From positions 2,048,001-2,112,000 of the forward strand of contig OZ219856.1 in the NCBI GenBank assembly GCA_964291395.2: a DNA stretch of 64,000 nt, read 5' to 3'. Under the pieces are notes generated by a model that saw only the letters and a list, made by a program, of their open reading frames with translations, did not search any database and was not told the DNA's origin. The position numbers were made by a program, and so were the translations under genes. Shown one piece after another: positions 29,231 through 41,834 of this stretch. Each line of letters starts with the position of its first letter. The stretch's first letter is position 1. This DNA comes from Alphaproteobacteria bacterium (lineage in GTDB: Bacteria > Pseudomonadota > Alphaproteobacteria > UBA2966).

Positions 29231-29941
29231 CTGTCGACCCGACGTCTGGTAGATAGAACCGCCCTGATTACCGGCGCTTCCCGGGGAATCGGCGCGGCCG
29301 TCGCCGAGCGGTTCGCCGTCGAAGGGGCGCATGTCGTTCTCGTTGCCCGCACGTCAGGCGGCTTGGAGGAAGTCGACGATCGTATCCGGACAACGGGCGG
29401 TTCCGCGACCTTGGTGCCCGTCGATCTGACGGATTTCGGCGCGATCGACAATCTCGGGGCGGCCGTCGCCGAACGTTGGGGGCATCTCGACATTCTGGTC
29501 GGGAATGCCGCGACGCTCGGTGTGCTCAGCCCCATGGGCCATTTCTCTCACGACCTTTGGGAAACCGTGTTCGCCCTCAACGTCACGGCAAACTGGCGCC
29601 TCATAAGGTCGTTCGACGCACTGCTCCGAAACTCCGACGCCGGCCGCGTCATCTTTGTCACATCGGGCGCCGCAAGCGCAGCGTTACCGTATTGGGGGGC
29701 TTATTCGGCCAGCAAGGCCGCCCTCGAATCGCTGGCCAAGGTCTACGCCGCAGAAGTCGCCAAGACCAACGTCCGCGCCAACCTGCTCGATCCCGGCGTC
29801 GTGAGGACCCAGATGCGCGCCCAGGCGTTTCCAGGAGAAGATCCGAACACCCTCAAGCCGCCCCAGGACATCACGGAATATTTCGTCGAGCTCGCGGAAA
29901 CCGCTTGCCGTCGAAACGGAGAGGTTGTCCGTGCCTACTGA
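29231..29941 (+). CDS. SDR oxidoreductase (YciK-like) downstream of purF
   Basis: TGASRGIG, YWGAYSASKAALE, DPGVVRTQMRAQAFPGEDP. No ATG/GTG/TTG between the purF stop and the Rossmann motif; CTG 29231 is the likely start. Confidence 0.85.
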   Translation: MSTRRLVDRTALITGASRGIGAAVAERFAVEGAHVVLVARTSGGLEEVDDRIRTTGGSATLVPVDLTDFGAIDNLGAAVAERWGHLDILVGNAATLGVLSPMGHFSHDLWETVFALNVTANWRLIRSFDALLRNSDAGRVIFVTSGAASAALPYWGAYSASKAALESLAKVYAAEVAKTNVRANLLDPGVVRTQMRAQAFPGEDPNTLKPPQDITEYFVELAETACRRNGEVVRAY

Positions 29942-29948
29942 TCCACGG

Positions 29949-31331
29949 TCAGGAACCCCGCTCCCCGCGCCGCCGCCGACCCTTCTCTGCGTACGGGTTC
30001 GGCCCCTTTCGCAGCCGCATCCGTATGGGCGTACCCGGCAGATCGAAAGTGGCTCGCAGCTCATTCTCCAGATAGCGCAGATACGTCTCGCCCACCGCCT
30101 CCGGGCGACTCACGAACAGTACGAAGGTGGGAGGACGGGCCTTCGCCTGAGTGACGTAGCGAAAGCGTGGCCTGTGTCTTCTGACGGCCGGCGGCGGGTG
30201 ATGATCCACGGTCTCGTTCAGCCATCGATTGAGCGGGCCGGTCATGACCCGTCTGTTCCACACCTCGTGGACGGAGAATACGGCGGGCAACAGGTTCTCC
30301 AAGCGTTTGCCAGTGAGCGCGGACACGGGAACAATTTCTATGCCCTTGGCCTGCGGGAGGGAGTCGCCTAGCCGTTCCCGCAGGCGCGCCATGGTGCCCC
30401 GGCCATCGTCCACAAGATCCCACTTGTTGACGACGATCAGCGATGCTCGGCCTTCTTCCACAGCCATCGACGCGATACCGAGGTCCTGCTTCTCCATTCC
30501 GATGGCGCCATCCACGACGACGGCGACGACCTCAGCCAGGCGGATCGCGTTCAAGGTGTCGTTCACGGACAACCGCTCCAGCCGATCCGTCACGCGCGCG
30601 CGGCGGCGGAGACCGGCGGTATCCACCAACTCGATCTCTCGTCCGTCCGCCTCCAGCCTGACCGCGACCGCATCCCGCGTGATCCCCGGCTCCGGCCCAG
30701 TCAACAGGCGATCGGCCCCCATGAGACGGTTTACCAGTGTCGACTTGCCAACGTTCGGGCGGCCGACAATGGCCAGTTTGAGAGGCCCCGCGTCCGAAGG
30801 AGAGTCGGCCTCCGCATCGGTATCGCTCGTGGCACTCAATGTTACAGCCTCGCCTATCCGGTCATGCAGATCGGTCATCCCGTCGGCGTGTTCCGCCGAG
30901 ATTGCGACGGGTTCCCCGAGTCCCAACGAATAGGCGTCGTAAAAGCCCGTCTCGCCCGCCTTGCCCTCACATTTGTTGGCAACGAGGATCACGCGACCTC
31001 GGTGACGACGCAGTAGATCGGCGAAATGTCGGTCGACTGGCGTAACCCCTGCGCGAGCATCGATCAGCATCAATACGACATTCGCCTCGTCGACCGCCCG
31101 CTCCGTCTGCCGCCACATCCGGGCCTCCAGGCTGGCGCCCTTGCCCTCTTCCAGGCCCGCCGTATCGATGACCTTGAATTTCCAGGAGCCGAGCCGTGCC
31201 TCTCCTTCCCGGCGATCACGCGTAACGCCCGGCGTATCATCGACGATCGCCAGGCGCTTACCCACGAGTCGATTGAAGAGAGTCGATTTTCCTACGTTTG
31301 GACGGCCAACGATGGCCAGCGTGGTGCTCAT
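29949..31331 (-). CDS. der: Ribosome biogenesis GTPase Der (EngA)
   Basis: Two [14 protein letters not shown]/NKxx GTPase domains and a C-terminal KH-like domain. Confidence 0.97.
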   Translation of the reverse strand: MSTTLAIVGRPNVGKSTLFNRLVGKRLAIVDDTPGVTRDRREGEARLGSWKFKVIDTAGLEEGKGASLEARMWRQTERAVDEANVVLMLIDARAGVTPVDRHFADLLRRHRGRVILVANKCEGKAGETGFYDAYSLGLGEPVAISAEHADGMTDLHDRIGEAVTLSATSDTDAEADSPSDAGPLKLAIVGRPNVGKSTLVNRLMGADRLLTGPEPGITRDAVAVRLEADGREIELVDTAGLRRRARVTDRLERLSVNDTLNAIRLAEVVAVVVDGAIGMEKQDLGIASMAVEEGRASLIVVNKWDLVDDGRGTMARLRERLGDSLPQAKGIEIVPVSALTGKRLENLLPAVFSVHEVWNRRVMTGPLNRWLNETVDHHPPPAVRRHRPRFRYVTQAKARPPTFVLFVSRPEAVGETYLRYLENELRATFDLPGTPIRMRLRKGPNPYAEKGRRRRGERGS

Positions 31332-31334
31332 GAC

Positions 31335-32663
31335 TCACCGGTAGGCGAGAAGGTCCCCGTCGTCCGTCAGAACGTAGATCGTTCCGCCCGCAACAATCGG
31401 CGACAGTGATGCACCGTCGGGAAGCTCTAACTGACCCAGTATATCGCCGCTGTATGGGGAGACGGCGATGCCGTCACCGCGGGACGAGACCACGATCAAG
31501 CGATCGCTTGCCAGAACCGGGCCGCTCCATTCGATAGCCTCCCGCCGACGTTCCTCGTCTTCGTATCTGGGAAGCTGTCGCACCCAGCGGATACGGCCCG
31601 TGTTTCTTACCAGGCAGACGATCTGCGCCTCGGTGGTGACCACAAACACGAAATCCCCAGCCACCCAAGGAGTCTGGAGGCTGGCAATTTCCTGCTCCCA
31701 GAGGCGGGTCCCGCTCCTCAAATCAATGGCGACCATGCCGCCGGCGTGGCCCACGGCAATGACAATATCGCGATCGATAACCGGCGACCCGTTGATATCG
31801 TTGAGCTCGGCGAGGGGCGTCGCGCGACGGGTGCGCGTCAGGGAATCAGCCCAGAGCAACCTGCCGTTCTCAACCCGCAGGGCGATGAGCTCGCCAGAGG
31901 AGTAAGGTGCCACCACGACCCCGCTGCCCACCGCCGGGCTGGCCGCGCCGATTATGCCGGCATCCTCGGCGATTCCGATATGGGTCCAGGCAACGCCGCC
32001 ATCCTCGATGTTCAGAGCGTAGAGCTGATTGTCGTTGGTAACGGTGAACAGCCGGCCGTTGACCACCGTAGGCGCTCCCCTCAGCGGAACCCCGACGTTC
32101 CGTCGCCAAATCTCGGCGCCGCTTTCCGCAAGCATGGCAATCGCCTCGCCGTACCCCGTCGCCACGTACAGAATACCGCCGTCATACCCTAGGCCACCGC
32201 CGATAGCGCCCCGATCCTCGTCTTTCGGGACGATGTTGTAACGCCAGACCCGCTGTCCGTTATCCACTCGATGCGCCGCAACGCTACCTTCGGAATCCAG
32301 AATGAAGACGCGGTTGCCGGCTACGATCGGCGCCGCAGTGAGGCGTACCAGATCGCCCGCCCCCCGGCCGGCCGACACTCCCCAGGCTTGTGATGGCGTA
32401 TCTCCCAGCGTCAGATGGTGCATCGCATGCGTCGGGTGACCGCCTGCTTGCGGCCAATCCTCATTTACGTACGGTCGGGGCAAGCGAACACTGATGTCGG
32501 CGATCCGCTGATCGGGCTGGAGAGTCCGCTGCAGCGCGATGACGGAGATCCGCTCACCAGGCAGCGGAACGTCCTGAGTGCCTTCGACATATTCGGTAAT
32601 CCTTTCGCACGCGCCGAGCACAACAATCAGCGCGGCACCCATCACTATGCCGGCGTATCGCAT
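31335..32663 (-). CDS. bamB: PQQ-like beta-propeller lipoprotein (BamB-like)
   Basis: Lipobox LGAC, repeated GxxxW propeller blades, and yfgM-bamB-der synteny. Confidence 0.8.
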   Translation of the reverse strand: MRYAGIVMGAALIVVLGACERITEYVEGTQDVPLPGERISVIALQRTLQPDQRIADISVRLPRPYVNEDWPQAGGHPTHAMHHLTLGDTPSQAWGVSAGRGAGDLVRLTAAPIVAGNRVFILDSEGSVAAHRVDNGQRVWRYNIVPKDEDRGAIGGGLGYDGGILYVATGYGEAIAMLAESGAEIWRRNVGVPLRGAPTVVNGRLFTVTNDNQLYALNIEDGGVAWTHIGIAEDAGIIGAASPAVGSGVVVAPYSSGELIALRVENGRLLWADSLTRTRRATPLAELNDINGSPVIDRDIVIAVGHAGGMVAIDLRSGTRLWEQEIASLQTPWVAGDFVFVVTTEAQIVCLVRNTGRIRWVRQLPRYEDEERRREAIEWSGPVLASDRLIVVSSRGDGIAVSPYSGDILGQLELPDGASLSPIVAGGTIYVLTDDGDLLAYR

Positions 32664-32668
32664 GATGC

Positions 32669-33322
32669 TCAGGTGCCGTGCTCCACGGCGGCCAACAATT
32701 CCGCAGCGCGGGCACGAATGCCCGGTGGTGCGCTGAGGTCGTCGGCAAGGGATGTGAACTCCCGTTTTGCCGTCTCCAGGTCACCTTCCTGAAGAGCCAG
32801 AGCGCCCCGCAACTCGCGGGCCGAGTGCCGCCAGGGGTTGTCATCTTTCAGCAGTGGACCCAATCGCGTCGCGACTTGGTCATTAGCCGTACCGAGCTCT
32901 AGCAGGGCCTGCGCACCGAGCAGTCGGGCCAAATCCCTCAGGTGCTGGTCGACACCGCCGTCCGAAGCCAAGCGGTCGTAAACTGAAAGAGCGACGCTGT
33001 GATCACCGATCTGCCGCAGTGCCGCAGCCTGCCTCAACCGGGCAAGCGCCCGATAACCGGCGCCAGCATCCTCGGCCAACGCGGCCAATGCGGCGGCTCC
33101 CTTGACCTGTTCACCCGATTCGATCAGTTGAACCGCAGTCATGAAGCGGGTGCTCTCCGATTCGCGGGTGGCAATCCTGTATTCCTTCCACCCCACGCTA
33201 CCCGCTGTGCCCAATACGATGACGGCGGCAAGCGTGATCACGTACTTGCCGTACTTCTTCCAGAGCTTCTGGTAGTGCTCCCGCCGTAGTTCTTCATCGA
33301 CTTCGTTGAAGACGTCGGCCAC
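32669..33322 (-). CDS. YfgM-like TPR membrane-anchored protein
   Basis: DVFNEVDEELRRE...LWKKYG, single TM helix, helical repeats; upstream of bamB-der. Confidence 0.85.
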   Translation of the reverse strand: MADVFNEVDEELRREHYQKLWKKYGKYVITLAAVIVLGTAGSVGWKEYRIATRESESTRFMTAVQLIESGEQVKGAAALAALAEDAGAGYRALARLRQAAALRQIGDHSVALSVYDRLASDGGVDQHLRDLARLLGAQALLELGTANDQVATRLGPLLKDDNPWRHSARELRGALALQEGDLETAKREFTSLADDLSAPPGIRARAAELLAAVEHGT

Positions 33323-33425
33323 GTTTGATCTCCGGATGTCCAGAAAGGACGGCTACCTTAGCCCGGGCCACCAAACGGAGCAATCTGAAGCAGTCGGCAG
33401 CGTGCGGATGGGTCCCATGCCCGTC

Positions 33426-34304
33426 TTATGCCGAGATCTTCCCGCCGTCCCGCGTGAAGGTGTACATCATAACCTGATCCACATCCGGAGCCGCCTCCTG
33501 AAGTTCCTTCATCGATTGGTAGGCGGATTCCGCTACCACCATCCGGCACCCGTCCGCTCTCGCTTCTTCGACGAAGGTCTCGATGTCCTTTCGGGCGATA
33601 CTGATCGTCGCACCGGTATCGTACGTTCCCGTCAACACGGTCAATGGAAAGTAGTGATCGGTAGCAATATTGCGCCCGGAGGTTGCTTCCAGAACTTCCA
33701 ACATCGTTTGCATGCTGAGACCGCCTTTTTCACCCCAAGCCAGAGCTTCGCTGGAAACCACCAGCGCCGTGTGGACCAGGCAGTTGTTCACGAGCTTCAT
33801 GCGCTGGCCATTTCCAACTTCGGACCCAAGATCAAAGACCTTCTCACTGAAGGTCTCGAACACGGGTGTTAGCCGCCGCAAGTGCTCGGGCTCACCCGAA
33901 AACATCACACGGGCTTGCGCCGCCCGCGTACGGGGTGGAGTTCCCGAGATGGTCGCGTCCGCGTAGCCGATGCCTTTTTCGTTCAATTGTTTATGGGCGG
34001 CGATGGCACATCTTGGGCTCGCCGTCGACGTATTCACGACGATGAGACCATCCGGCGCACTGGCGTCACAGATTTCCGCGACGACCGCCTCGACCGAGGC
34101 GATGGTCGGCAGGCACATGAATACGAGGCTGGAGCGTTCCACCACCTCGGCCACGGACGCGACGGCATGTGTTCCCGCAGGTGCGAGCTTCTCGGCCCCG
34201 GCGATGTCGAAAACCGCCATCTCGAATCCGCCTTTCGCAATATTGCCGGCGATCGCGCTGCCGAGGTTTCCAAGACCGATAAATCCGATCTTCTCCTGAC
34301 TCAT
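33426..34304 (-). CDS. Beta-hydroxyacid dehydrogenase family (3-hydroxyisobutyrate dehydrogenase-like)
   Basis: IGFIGLGNLG, DATISG, GQRMKLVNN (catalytic Lys) and KD motif. Confidence 0.85.
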   Translation of the reverse strand: MSQEKIGFIGLGNLGSAIAGNIAKGGFEMAVFDIAGAEKLAPAGTHAVASVAEVVERSSLVFMCLPTIASVEAVVAEICDASAPDGLIVVNTSTASPRCAIAAHKQLNEKGIGYADATISGTPPRTRAAQARVMFSGEPEHLRRLTPVFETFSEKVFDLGSEVGNGQRMKLVNNCLVHTALVVSSEALAWGEKGGLSMQTMLEVLEATSGRNIATDHYFPLTVLTGTYDTGATISIARKDIETFVEEARADGCRMVVAESAYQSMKELQEAAPDVDQVMMYTFTRDGGKISA

Positions 34305-34499
34305 GCGCCTTTCTCCTTCACTCTTGGTCGATCGTACCCGCCCTGCGCAAGCTCGTGCGTTTTTCCCGTCAGGACGACACTTTGCCGCCGTTACGCGTAT
34401 AGGGATACATCACCGTCTGGTCCATCCCGGGCACCTGTTCCTGACAATCCTTGAGCACTTTGTAGGCGGTCCCGGCGACGACGTGCAGGCGACCGGCGG

Positions 34500-36047
34500 C
34501 TATTCCCATTCAATGGTGCCGGGCGGTTTCGAGGTGACGTCGTAGACAACACGGTTGATACCTTTCACCTCGTTGACGATTCGGTTGGCCACATTGCCGA
34601 TAAACTTCATGTCATAGGGATAATAGTCGGCGGTCATTCCGTCCGTGGAAGTCACGGCACGAAGCGCGCAGACATAGTCATACGTGCGCTCATCGCCCAT
34701 CACACCGACGGTCCGCACGGGCAGCAGCACCGCGAAGGCCTGCCAGATGTCGTCGTAGAGTCCCGCACGCCGAATCTCCTCCAGATAGATCCTGTCGGCT
34801 CCGCGCAGGATATCCAGCTTCTCGGAGGTCACTTCCCCAGGTATGCGTATGGCCAACCCCGGCCCCGGGAAGGGATGGCGCCCGACGAGAGAATCGGGAA
34901 GTCCCAACTCCCGCCCCAGTTCCCGCACTTCGTCCTTGAACAGTTCTCGAAGGGGCTCCACGAGCTTTAGGTTCATGCGCTCGGGAAGGCCTCCTACGTT
35001 GTGGTGGGATTTGATCGTCGCGCTCGGACCTCCGGCGGGAGAGACGGACTCGATCACATCTGGATACAGCGTCCCCTGCGCCAGGAATTCAGCACCGCCA
35101 ATCCCATCGGCCTCGCCTTCAAAAATCTCGAGGAACGTGCCGCCGATGATCTTCCGCTTCTCTTCGGGATCGGTGACTCCTCGCAGTTGCCGTAGGAAAA
35201 CATCGGCGGCGTCGCGAACGACAAGCGGGATGTTGTAGTGGTTGCGAAACACCTGCTCCACGTCCTCCGCCTCACCGGCACGCAACAGGCCCGTATCGAC
35301 GAAGATGCATGTGAGTTGATCGCCGATCGCTTCGTGCAGGAGAACGGCGGCCACCGACGAGTCGACACCGCCCGACAGGCCGCAGACGACACGTTCCTTG
35401 CCGACTCGCTTGCGAATGCTGGTGATGGCCGTCTGGCGGAACGCCGCCATATTCCAGTCACCCTTGCAGCCCGCCACCCGGTGGGTGAAGTTGCGCAAGA
35501 GCGCTCCGCCCCGTGGGGTATGGACGACCTCCGGATGAAACTGAACGCCGTAGTAGCGACGTTCATCGTCCGCGACGGCGGCGAACTCCGTCCCGTCACT
35601 GACGGCGACGGACCGAAATCCTTCGGGGAGCCGGGTGACCCTGTCGCCGTGGCTCATCCACACCTGTTCTCGATCGCCGGTTGCCCACAACCCATCGAAC
35701 AGATCGCAGCAATCCGTGATTTCGATGAACGCGCGCCCGAATTCGCGATGGTCAGCGGTCTCCACTTCGCCACCGAGCTGAGCGACCATGGTCTGCTCGC
35801 CGTAACAGATCCCGAGGACCGGGACACCGAGCTCGAATGTCAGTCCGGGAGCCCGTGGCGTATCCGCCCCCAGCACGGATGCAGGGCCGCCCGAAAGGAT
35901 GACGCCCCGAGGCATGAATTGCTCTAGTGCGGGTTGCGACTTGTCGAAGGGGACGATCTCGCAATAAACGCCGTTTTCACGAATTCTGCGAGCGATGAGC
36001 TGTGTTACCTGGGAACCAAAATCGATAATGAGCACGCCGTCGGTCAT
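34500..36047 (-). CDS. guaA: GMP synthase (glutamine-hydrolysing)
   Basis: [32 protein letters not shown] and KPPGTIEWE. Confidence 0.98.
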   Translation of the reverse strand: MTDGVLIIDFGSQVTQLIARRIRENGVYCEIVPFDKSQPALEQFMPRGVILSGGPASVLGADTPRAPGLTFELGVPVLGICYGEQTMVAQLGGEVETADHREFGRAFIEITDCCDLFDGLWATGDREQVWMSHGDRVTRLPEGFRSVAVSDGTEFAAVADDERRYYGVQFHPEVVHTPRGGALLRNFTHRVAGCKGDWNMAAFRQTAITSIRKRVGKERVVCGLSGGVDSSVAAVLLHEAIGDQLTCIFVDTGLLRAGEAEDVEQVFRNHYNIPLVVRDAADVFLRQLRGVTDPEEKRKIIGGTFLEIFEGEADGIGGAEFLAQGTLYPDVIESVSPAGGPSATIKSHHNVGGLPERMNLKLVEPLRELFKDEVRELGRELGLPDSLVGRHPFPGPGLAIRIPGEVTSEKLDILRGADRIYLEEIRRAGLYDDIWQAFAVLLPVRTVGVMGDERTYDYVCALRAVTSTDGMTADYYPYDMKFIGNVANRIVNEVKGINRVVYDVTSKPPGTIEWE

Positions 36048-36166
36048 CGCCCGAACGTATGCTCCGGTCTTCGGGAAGTCCAGTTTAACTGGAACCGCGA
36101 TAGGGAACGTCGCAATTTCCCCGCGTGATCGATCAGGAAAGGTGTGTCAACGCGAGTCGCCTTTTC

Positions 36167-36655
36167 TCACTTCTCATAGGCGATCACATGCTTGCGCAAA
36201 TCCCGATATTCGGGGCAGTCATATGCGCACAGCCGCCCCAGCTTATCGAGGTGTTCCTTCGCCTTCTCGAGATTCCCGACCTTCAAATAAGCTTCACCGA
36301 CATATTCGTGAGCTCCAAGGTGCTTCGGGTCCAGTTCTAACGCCCGGGCGTAATGCTCGAAGGCACGGTCATAGTCGCCGAGCTTCCGATGGCAGTACCC
36401 CAAGAGGTTTTGAGCGTCGGCACTCCTGGAATTCCGCGCCAAGGATTTCTCGAGAAGCGCGATGGCGCCCTTCCAGTCCTCGGCGTCGATGCGTTTCTCG
36501 GCCTGCTGATAATACGTGCCGGCGGGCTCCCTCCCGGTCAACTGCGAACTGCCCGCAGAGCCAGCGCCACCTCCCGAGCTGGCAGCCTCTGCAACCGACG
36601 CCGCGAACATAAAACCGGCCAACAGCATGAGGCTCAATCCGTAGAGATTCTTCAT
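36167..36655 (-). CDS. Secreted TPR-repeat protein
   Basis: Signal peptide, TPR motifs (ADAQNLLGY, ALELDPKHLGAHEYVGEAY), C-terminal CxxxC. ATGA overlap with the rsmB-like stop. Confidence 0.8.
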   Translation of the reverse strand: MKNLYGLSLMLLAGFMFAASVAEAASSGGGAGSAGSSQLTGREPAGTYYQQAEKRIDAEDWKGAIALLEKSLARNSRSADAQNLLGYCHRKLGDYDRAFEHYARALELDPKHLGAHEYVGEAYLKVGNLEKAKEHLDKLGRLCAYDCPEYRDLRKHVIAYEK

Positions 36656-37986
36656 GAGATAATCCTTTCAGGCCCCTGTTCCCGCCGTTCCAGGATGGCG
36701 ATGAAAAAACCGTCTGTACCGTACCGGCGGGGCGTCAACAAAACACAATCTCGTTCCCGCGGCGCCGGACTGTCGAGAACATGGGTCCAGACCTCGCCAA
36801 CCGGTACGGGTCCGAAGTTAGGATGCTCCGAGAGGAATTCCTCGACGCGCTGCTCGTTCTCCGCCCCCAACAACGAGCAGGTGGCGTAGACAAGCCGCCC
36901 GCCTGGGCGCACCAGATCCGCTGCCCTGGCGAGCAGAGCGCGTTGCGTCGAAACGTTGCGCTCCGTATCGGCGGGCGACAGACGCCAGGCAAGGTCCGGA
37001 TTTCGGCGGATCGTGCCGGTTCCCGTACAGGGCGCATCGATGAGCACACGATCCGCCGATGCCAGGTGTCCCGTGAACCATGGATCGCCAGCGCCCGAAA
37101 TCTCATGGGCTTCAACGATCGAGACACCTGCGCGCCGGAGTCTCGGTGCCATGCGGCGAAGGCGTGAACCGTTGACATCGCAGGCGTGGATGACGCCCCG
37201 GTTCATCAGGGCCGCCGCCAGGGCGAGCGATTTTCCGCCGGCACCGGCACACAGATCGATCACGGTTTGGCCCGGTTGCGCCTGGACAAGAGCCGCAGCG
37301 ACCTGCGAACCCTCGTCCTGGACTTCGACCAGGCCGTCACGATAAGCCCGCGTACCCAGCACCGATGCGCGACCGGCGATCCGCAGTCCGGTAGACGCAT
37401 GGGGACAACGCTCGGCCACTACGTTTTCCTCGGCCAATGCCCTCGCCGCCTCCTCCGGCGTGGCCTTGAGCGTGTTGACCCGCAAGTCCAGAGGTGGCCG
37501 TCGCTGCATGGCCGCGAATTCAGCGCCCGTCGAATCACCTAGATAACCCATGACTTCGTGAAACAGCCATTCGGGGCAATTCGCCTCGACCCAGCCGGGG
37601 AGGCCCGTTGGACGAGCGCCGCACCGCCGAATGGCCGCCAACAGGTCCAGTTCATGTTGCTCGAGGGCGGGCGGCCCGAAGCGGCTCGAGTCGAATAGCG
37701 CATTTACGCAGGACTGGTCCTCGCCACGATCAAGGACGAGTTGGGCCAACACCAGCAGGCGTGGCCCGACGAGCTGGCGATTGCCGCATTTCTCGATGAT
37801 CCAGGCGAGTTTCGCCCGTTGCCGTAGAACACCGTAGACCATGGCGTTGATCGCCGCGCGATCCTTTGAACCGGCGAAACGATGGCCTTGATACCAGCGA
37901 TCGACGACACGGTCCGCGGGCCGACCGAGCGCGTCGACAAGCCCCAGAATATCGATGGCTGCGGCGACACGCGCGGCCGGTGTCAA
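36652..37986 (-). CDS. RsmB/NOP-family rRNA m5C methyltransferase
   Basis: TPAAR, RFAGSKDR, EVQDEGSQ, DLCAGAGGK, DAPCTGTG and YATCS. TTG start. Confidence 0.9.
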   Translation of the reverse strand: MTPAARVAAAIDILGLVDALGRPADRVVDRWYQGHRFAGSKDRAAINAMVYGVLRQRAKLAWIIEKCGNRQLVGPRLLVLAQLVLDRGEDQSCVNALFDSSRFGPPALEQHELDLLAAIRRCGARPTGLPGWVEANCPEWLFHEVMGYLGDSTGAEFAAMQRRPPLDLRVNTLKATPEEAARALAEENVVAERCPHASTGLRIAGRASVLGTRAYRDGLVEVQDEGSQVAAALVQAQPGQTVIDLCAGAGGKSLALAAALMNRGVIHACDVNGSRLRRMAPRLRRAGVSIVEAHEISGAGDPWFTGHLASADRVLIDAPCTGTGTIRRNPDLAWRLSPADTERNVSTQRALLARAADLVRPGGRLVYATCSLLGAENEQRVEEFLSEHPNFGPVPVGEVWTHVLDSPAPRERDCVLLTPRRYGTDGFFIAILERREQGPERIIS

Positions 37987-38007
37987 CGATCTCTCCGGTC
38001 GCGGTCC

Positions 38008-39546
<1,539 letters not shown>

Positions 39547-39921
39547 TCACAGAATGAATGCCCGGAATATGAGCTGCGCCGCCTGATAAATCACCACGAT
39601 CTCAAGGAAAATCATCAAGAGGCCCGCGCGGTTCAGGCGCATCATCGAAGACTTATTCCCGGGGTCGATGTTGATCCGGTCAAGAATCTTCATCAGCCCC
39701 AGTTGCAGGTAATAGTGCGCCCCGCCCAGCACGAAAACCGCGAGCCCCGTGTCCACGGTGAAAAACCGCAGCCCCTTGACCGAATCTATGGGAATCTCCG
39801 GATGCTTGGAGAAGATGTGAAGCCCGCACGCCAGCCAGACGGCCCCGACGAACCCCCAAGCGAAGATGACCTGAGCTTTCGTGCTCTTGATGATACGCCC
39901 CCTATGGCTTTGAGCCGACAT
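39547..39921 (-). CDS. Hypothetical three-TM membrane protein
   Basis: ORF with three hydrophobic stretches and coding-like codon use (ATC/AAG/TTC). No recognised family. Confidence 0.55.
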   Translation of the reverse strand: MSAQSHRGRIIKSTKAQVIFAWGFVGAVWLACGLHIFSKHPEIPIDSVKGLRFFTVDTGLAVFVLGGAHYYLQLGLMKILDRINIDPGNKSSMMRLNRAGLLMIFLEIVVIYQAAQLIFRAFIL

Positions 39922-40004
39922 TCGGATTGAACGAGGCCGGCTGAACGGCGAGCGGCACGGCAAATGGTAACATCCGCCGTTTTGGGTCTCCAATCGCGGA
40001 CTGG

Positions 40005-40721
40005 TCAGGCTTCGAAGCCGGACTGCCTGAAATCCGCCGCAATGACGTAGGTTTCGGCAGATTCACGTCGGCTCGCGACGGGCTTCGCGTGCTTGACTAT
40101 CCGAAACGCCGCCTTCATCGCGGCGAGCAGCTCCCTTTCGGATCCCCCCTGGTACACCTTGGCGACGAATACACCATGAGGGCGTAGAATTCGGCATGCG
40201 ACGTCGAACGCCGCCTCCGCCAGCGCGACTATCCGCAGATGATCAGTGGATCGATGACCGGTCGATGCCGGCGCCATGTCTGACAGTACCACGTCGACAC
40301 CGCGTTCCGCTGCTCCGAGGATCGTTTCGATGGCGCTCCCGTCAAGGACGTCGGCACTGACGACCAGGGCACCCGCCACCGGATCCATGGGTGACACGTC
40401 GACGGCGATTACATTGCCCCGTCCCGCGCGCTCGACGGCCACCTGCGTCCAACCACCCGGTGCGGCACCGAGATCAACGACGCGCGCTCCCGCCCTTAGA
40501 AACCCGAACCGGTCGTCCAGTTCGGTCAGCTTGAATGCCGCGCGCGATCTGTACCCGGCCTTCTTCGCCCGCGCGACAAAAGGGTCGTTCAATTGCCGCG
40601 ACAGCCATCGCATTGAAGATGCCTTGCGGCCGCGGGCGGTCTTCAGCCGGACCTGGTCTCGCTTCGTGGCCGAGCCCCTCGGGGTTCTCGTCCGGCCGCC
40701 ACCCGGGCGCGACCGGCTCAC
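40005..40721 (-). CDS. rlmE: 23S rRNA Um2552 methyltransferase RlmE
   Basis: WLSRQLNDPFV, YRSRAAFKL, DLGAAPGGW, SDMAP and SRRESAETY. Confidence 0.95.
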   Translation of the reverse strand: MSRSRPGGGRTRTPRGSATKRDQVRLKTARGRKASSMRWLSRQLNDPFVARAKKAGYRSRAAFKLTELDDRFGFLRAGARVVDLGAAPGGWTQVAVERAGRGNVIAVDVSPMDPVAGALVVSADVLDGSAIETILGAAERGVDVVLSDMAPASTGHRSTDHLRIVALAEAAFDVACRILRPHGVFVAKVYQGGSERELLAAMKAAFRIVKHAKPVASRRESAETYVIAADFRQSGFEA

Positions 40722-41791
40722 GGACGGGCTTCCGCGTCCGCCGCCCCCATGAGCGCGAGAAGCATTCCTTCACGCAGGCCCCTGTCGGCAACGCGCAGCT
40801 TCTCCGCCGGCCAGGCCTTGGAGATCGCCTCGATGATGGCGCAGCCAGCGATGACGAGGTCGGCCCGCCCCCGGCGAATGCAGGCATGATTGGCCCGCTG
40901 ATCGTATGGCATCGCACTGACAGCGCGGGTGACCTTGCCGAGGTCCCCCGTGGATAGCCAGGCACCGTCAACCCTGGACCGATCGTAGCGGGTAAGACCA
41001 AGGTGGACGGCGGTCAATGTCGTCACGGTGCCCGAGGTGCCCAGCATATGGACGTCGCCGTCCCGAATGGCGGCCTGCATATCGTGATCGGAAATGAATG
41101 GATCGAGCAGTCCGCTGACGTGATCGACGAGGTGACCGTAACCCTCCGGGTCGCCGCCACAATCACCGAATTCCTCCGACAGCGTCACGACGCCACAGGG
41201 CAGCGAGGTCCAGCCCAGGATCTCGGGTTTCTGACCGTTGGACAGGCCGAGCCACATGAGCTCCGTGCTGCCGCCACCGATGTCAAAGACGAGCGCCCTT
41301 CGGCACCGGCTGTCTAGTAGCGGCGAACATCCCGCGAGTGCCAGTTCTGCTTCTTCGGCCGGCGTGATGATATCGAGTTCGATTCCCGCCTCTTCGCGCG
41401 CGCGCCGCAGGAATTCGTCACAATTACTCGCCCGCCGGCACGCCTCCGTGGCAATGCTTCGGGATCGCGTGACGCGGCGGCGGCGCATCTTGCCCGCACA
41501 GACCTTGAGGGCCGAAATGGTGCGGGAAATCGCATCATCGGAGAGCCGACCAGAGGCGCCGACGCCTTCGCCGAGGCGAACGATTCTTGAAAACGCGTCG
41601 ATGACTCGAAAGCCACGGCGGGTCGGCCGCGCCACCAAAAGACGGCAATTGTTCGTCCCCAGATCCAGCGCGGCATAAACGTGGCGCCATCGTCCTCGCG
41701 GACGGCGGTTGCGCCTTCGCAACGAGAGCGATACCAAATCCGCCAATGCCCCCTGCCCTGGACGCCAACCAGCGCCCACCGGCTTGTTCAC
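40718..41791 (-). CDS. ppx: Ppx/GppA exopolyphosphatase family
   Basis: ALDLGTNNCRLL, IVRLGEG, ATEACR, FDIGGGSTE and ADRGLREG. Confidence 0.9.
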   Translation of the reverse strand: MNKPVGAGWRPGQGALADLVSLSLRRRNRRPRGRWRHVYAALDLGTNNCRLLVARPTRRGFRVIDAFSRIVRLGEGVGASGRLSDDAISRTISALKVCAGKMRRRRVTRSRSIATEACRRASNCDEFLRRAREEAGIELDIITPAEEAELALAGCSPLLDSRCRRALVFDIGGGSTELMWLGLSNGQKPEILGWTSLPCGVVTLSEEFGDCGGDPEGYGHLVDHVSGLLDPFISDHDMQAAIRDGDVHMLGTSGTVTTLTAVHLGLTRYDRSRVDGAWLSTGDLGKVTRAVSAMPYDQRANHACIRRGRADLVIAGCAIIEAISKAWPAEKLRVADRGLREGMLLALMGAADAEARP

Positions 41792-41834
41792 GTTTCAGGT
41801 TCAGTCTAGCAGCTTCGAATTGCACGGGCCACGC

